64,000 nucleotides of DNA from an uncultured Candidatus Saccharibacteria bacterium. Its GTDB lineage: Bacteria > Patescibacteriota > Dojkabacteria > JAOAGR01. The DNA lies in the NCBI GenBank assembly GCA_964503755.1, contig CAZDBO010000002.1, forward strand, positions 64,261 through 128,260. Direction: 5' to 3'. The notes under the pieces were generated by a model. It worked only from the letters and a program-made list of their open reading frames with translations. It was not told where the DNA came from and did not search any database. Below, piece after piece: positions 62,301 through 64,000 of this stretch (position 1 is the stretch's first letter; every line of letters starts with the position of its first letter). The translations under genes were made by a program, and so were the position numbers.

Positions 62301-64000
62301 ATGGCAGCAATAATAGGAATAGATTTAGGAACAACAAACTCCTGCATGGCATATACACAGCCATCAGGCACAACAAAAGTTATCCCAAATGCTGAGGGAA
62401 ATAACACAACACCATCTGTTGTTGCAATCCTATCAAACGGGGAAAGAGTAGTGGGGATTGCCGCAAAAAATCAAGCTGTGCTAAACCCAGAAAATACTTT
62501 TTATTCAATAAAAAGATTAATAGGACGAAGATTTGATGATCCAGAAGTTCAAAGAGACATAAAAAAATTGCCTTTTGCTATCAGAAAGTCAGAAAATGGT
62601 GGTGTCGAAGTAAAATTTGGTGATGATTGGCTCGCACCAGAAGCAATATCAGCTATGGTTTTACAAAAACTGAAAGCCGACGCAGAAAAATATCTTGGTG
62701 AACCTGTAACAAAAGCAGTTATTACTGTACCAGCATATTTCGATGATGCTCAAAGACAGGCTACAAAAAATGCAGGTAAAATTGCTGGCTTAGAAGTAGA
62801 AAGAATTATTAATGAACCTACTGCAGCAGCTTTAGCTTATGGATTAGATAAAAAACATGATGAAACGATTGTTGTTTATGATCTTGGCGGAGGTACGTTT
62901 GATGTAACAGTATTAGAAATTGGTGATGGTGTATTTGAAGTAAAAGCAACAAATGGAGATACACACTTAGGGGGTGATGACTTTGATCAAAGACTTATTG
63001 ATTACTTAGCTGATGAATTTAAAAAGTCAAACGGTATTGACTTAAGAGAAGACAAGGCAGCACTACAAAGACTCAAAGAGGCAGCAGAAAAAGCAAAAAT
63101 AGAGCTTTCATCAGTTACTCAGACAATAATTAATATTCCTTATATCACCGCTGATGCAAGTGGACCAAAACATCTTAATATGACTTTAACAAGGGCAAAA
63201 TTTGAAGAATTAGTAGATGATCTCATCAAAGCAACATTTGAACCTGTCAGAAAAGCCTTAGAAGATGCTGGAAAAAAGCCTTCAGATATTAACAATATCG
63301 TTCTTGTAGGTGGAATGACAAGAATGCCCAAAATAGTAGAAGAGGTAGAAAATTTATTCGGTAAAAAACCTCATACTGGAGTCAATCCAGACGAAGTAGT
63401 TGCAGTAGGTGCTGCAATACAAGCAGGAGTAATACAAGGAAATGTCCATGACATAACACTTCTTGATGTAACACCATTATCATTGGGTCTGGAAACAGAA
63501 GGAGGCATAATGACAAAATTAATAGAAAGAAATACCACAATCCCATATGCAAAGACTCAAATATTTAGTACCGCTGCAGATAACCAAACCGCTGTTGAGA
63601 TAAAAGTATTGCAGGGTGAAAGACCAATGGCAGCGGATAACAAAGTACTTGGTACATTCATATTAGAAGGTATCAGACCAGCCCCACGAGGTGTACCTAG
63701 AATCGAAGTAACATTTGACATTGATGCTAATGGAATTTTAAAGGTTACAGCAAAAGACCTAGACACAGGTAAACAACAAGATATAACAATAAAAGCCTCT
63801 ACAAATCTATCTGATGAAGAAGTTGATCGTCTCATAAAAGAAGCAGAAAAATATGCGGAACAAGATAGAAAGAAAAAAGAATTAGCAGAGGCAAAAAATG
63901 AGGCTGAATCCGCTATTAGTGCTTTGAAAAAACTAGAATCAGAGGCCAAGGATAAGCTTTCAGAAGAGGATAAAAAATACATTTCTGAAACAACGGAAAA
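62301..64000 (+). CDS. dnaK: molecular chaperone DnaK (5' portion; continues beyond window)
   Basis: [18 protein letters not shown]..., [14 protein letters not shown] and ...[12 protein letters not shown]... It is not in the ORF track because there is no stop within the window. Confidence 0.95.
   Translation, partial: MAAIIGIDLGTTNSCMAYTQPSGTTKVIPNAEGNNTTPSVVAILSNGERVVGIAAKNQAVLNPENTFYSIKRLIGRRFDDPEVQRDIKKLPFAIRKSENGGVEVKFGDDWLAPEAISAMVLQKLKADAEKYLGEPVTKAVITVPAYFDDAQRQATKNAGKIAGLEVERIINEPTAAALAYGLDKKHDETIVVYDLGGGTFDVTVLEIGDGVFEVKATNGDTHLGGDDFDQRLIDYLADEFKKSNGIDLREDKAALQRLKEAAEKAKIELSSVTQTIINIPYITADASGPKHLNMTLTRAKFEELVDDLIKATFEPVRKALEDAGKKPSDINNIVLVGGMTRMPKIVEEVENLFGKKPHTGVNPDEVVAVGAAIQAGVIQGNVHDITLLDVTPLSLGLETEGGIMTKLIERNTTIPYAKTQIFSTAADNQTAVEIKVLQGERPMAADNKVLGTFILEGIRPAPRGVPRIEVTFDIDANGILKVTAKDLDTGKQQDITIKASTNLSDEEVDRLIKEAEKYAEQDRKKKELAEAKNEAESAISALKKLESEAKDKLSEEDKKYISETTE

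Noticed and set aside
1-64000. Alternative genetic code (stop-codon reassignment) to explain in-frame TAA/TAG at 1300, 3623, 4508 and 7817
   Set aside because: Intact essential genes (rpoC, hup and others) terminate with TAA, and the long housekeeping ORFs are consistent with the standard code. The in-frame stops are confined to the decayed 5' region and co-occur with frameshifts. They are therefore read as pseudogenisation or local errors.

Overview
This is an AT-rich bacterial chromosomal segment (low GC judged by eye; not computed). TAA and TAG function as stops in intact housekeeping genes (rpoC and hup end in TAA), so I read it with the standard bacterial code. Divergent housekeeping proteins, several fusions and PT-rich surface proteins suggest a reduced-genome monoderm lineage, possibly CPR/Patescibacteria-like; that placement is inference only.

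Two zones stand out.

(A) Positions 1 to about 8068 are a gene-decay zone. It holds a frameshifted LmbE/PIG-L deacetylase fragment. It also holds a BshA-like GT4 glycosyltransferase with a frameshift plus an in-frame TAA, and a DEAD-box helicase relic. The rest is a degraded Type III restriction-modification locus. Its mod ORF looks intact downstream of an in-frame TAA at 4508-4510; it has an N-terminal DUF559 (Vsr-like) endonuclease domain and a locally GC-richer stretch. Only the C-terminal half of res survives, and it is frame-broken.

(B) Positions 8.2 kb to 64 kb are a housekeeping core on both strands: hup, yraN, a SpoU methyltransferase, a TsaC-TsaE fusion, flavodoxin, tatD, gmk, gltX, an Mpl-like Mur ligase, holA and parA. 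It continues with a fused LeuD-LeuC dehydratase plus leuB, then rpsL-rpoC-rpoB without rpsG/fusA. Further on are rsmE, truB, a TrmA/RlmD-like methyltransferase, an ABC-2 transporter, uvrC, proS, a DsbA-like protein, a RodZ-like protein, rmuC, PBP2 and sppA. It ends with nudix, groES-groEL, sufU, recJ, dgkA and the 5' part of dnaK.

The most notable other features:
- An 845-bp convergent intergenic region (9028-9872) holds six GC-rich CCATGG-core palindromes and three AT-rich direct repeats. Two more palindrome copies lie elsewhere.
- A 58-aa LysW-like zinc-ribbon ORF, absent from the ORF track, sits upstream of rpoB. It is divergent from a CysK-like PLP enzyme, an NlpC/P60-like protein and a DUF59 protein.
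- A roughly 1100-aa surface adhesin carries Ig-like repeats, a PT-rich tandem-repeat stalk and an SdrD-B-like domain.
- Two tandem paralogous LamG-like surface-protein genes share a 752-bp segment that is identical at every position I compared by eye.

No tRNA or rRNA genes, transposases, integrases or CRISPR arrays were found.
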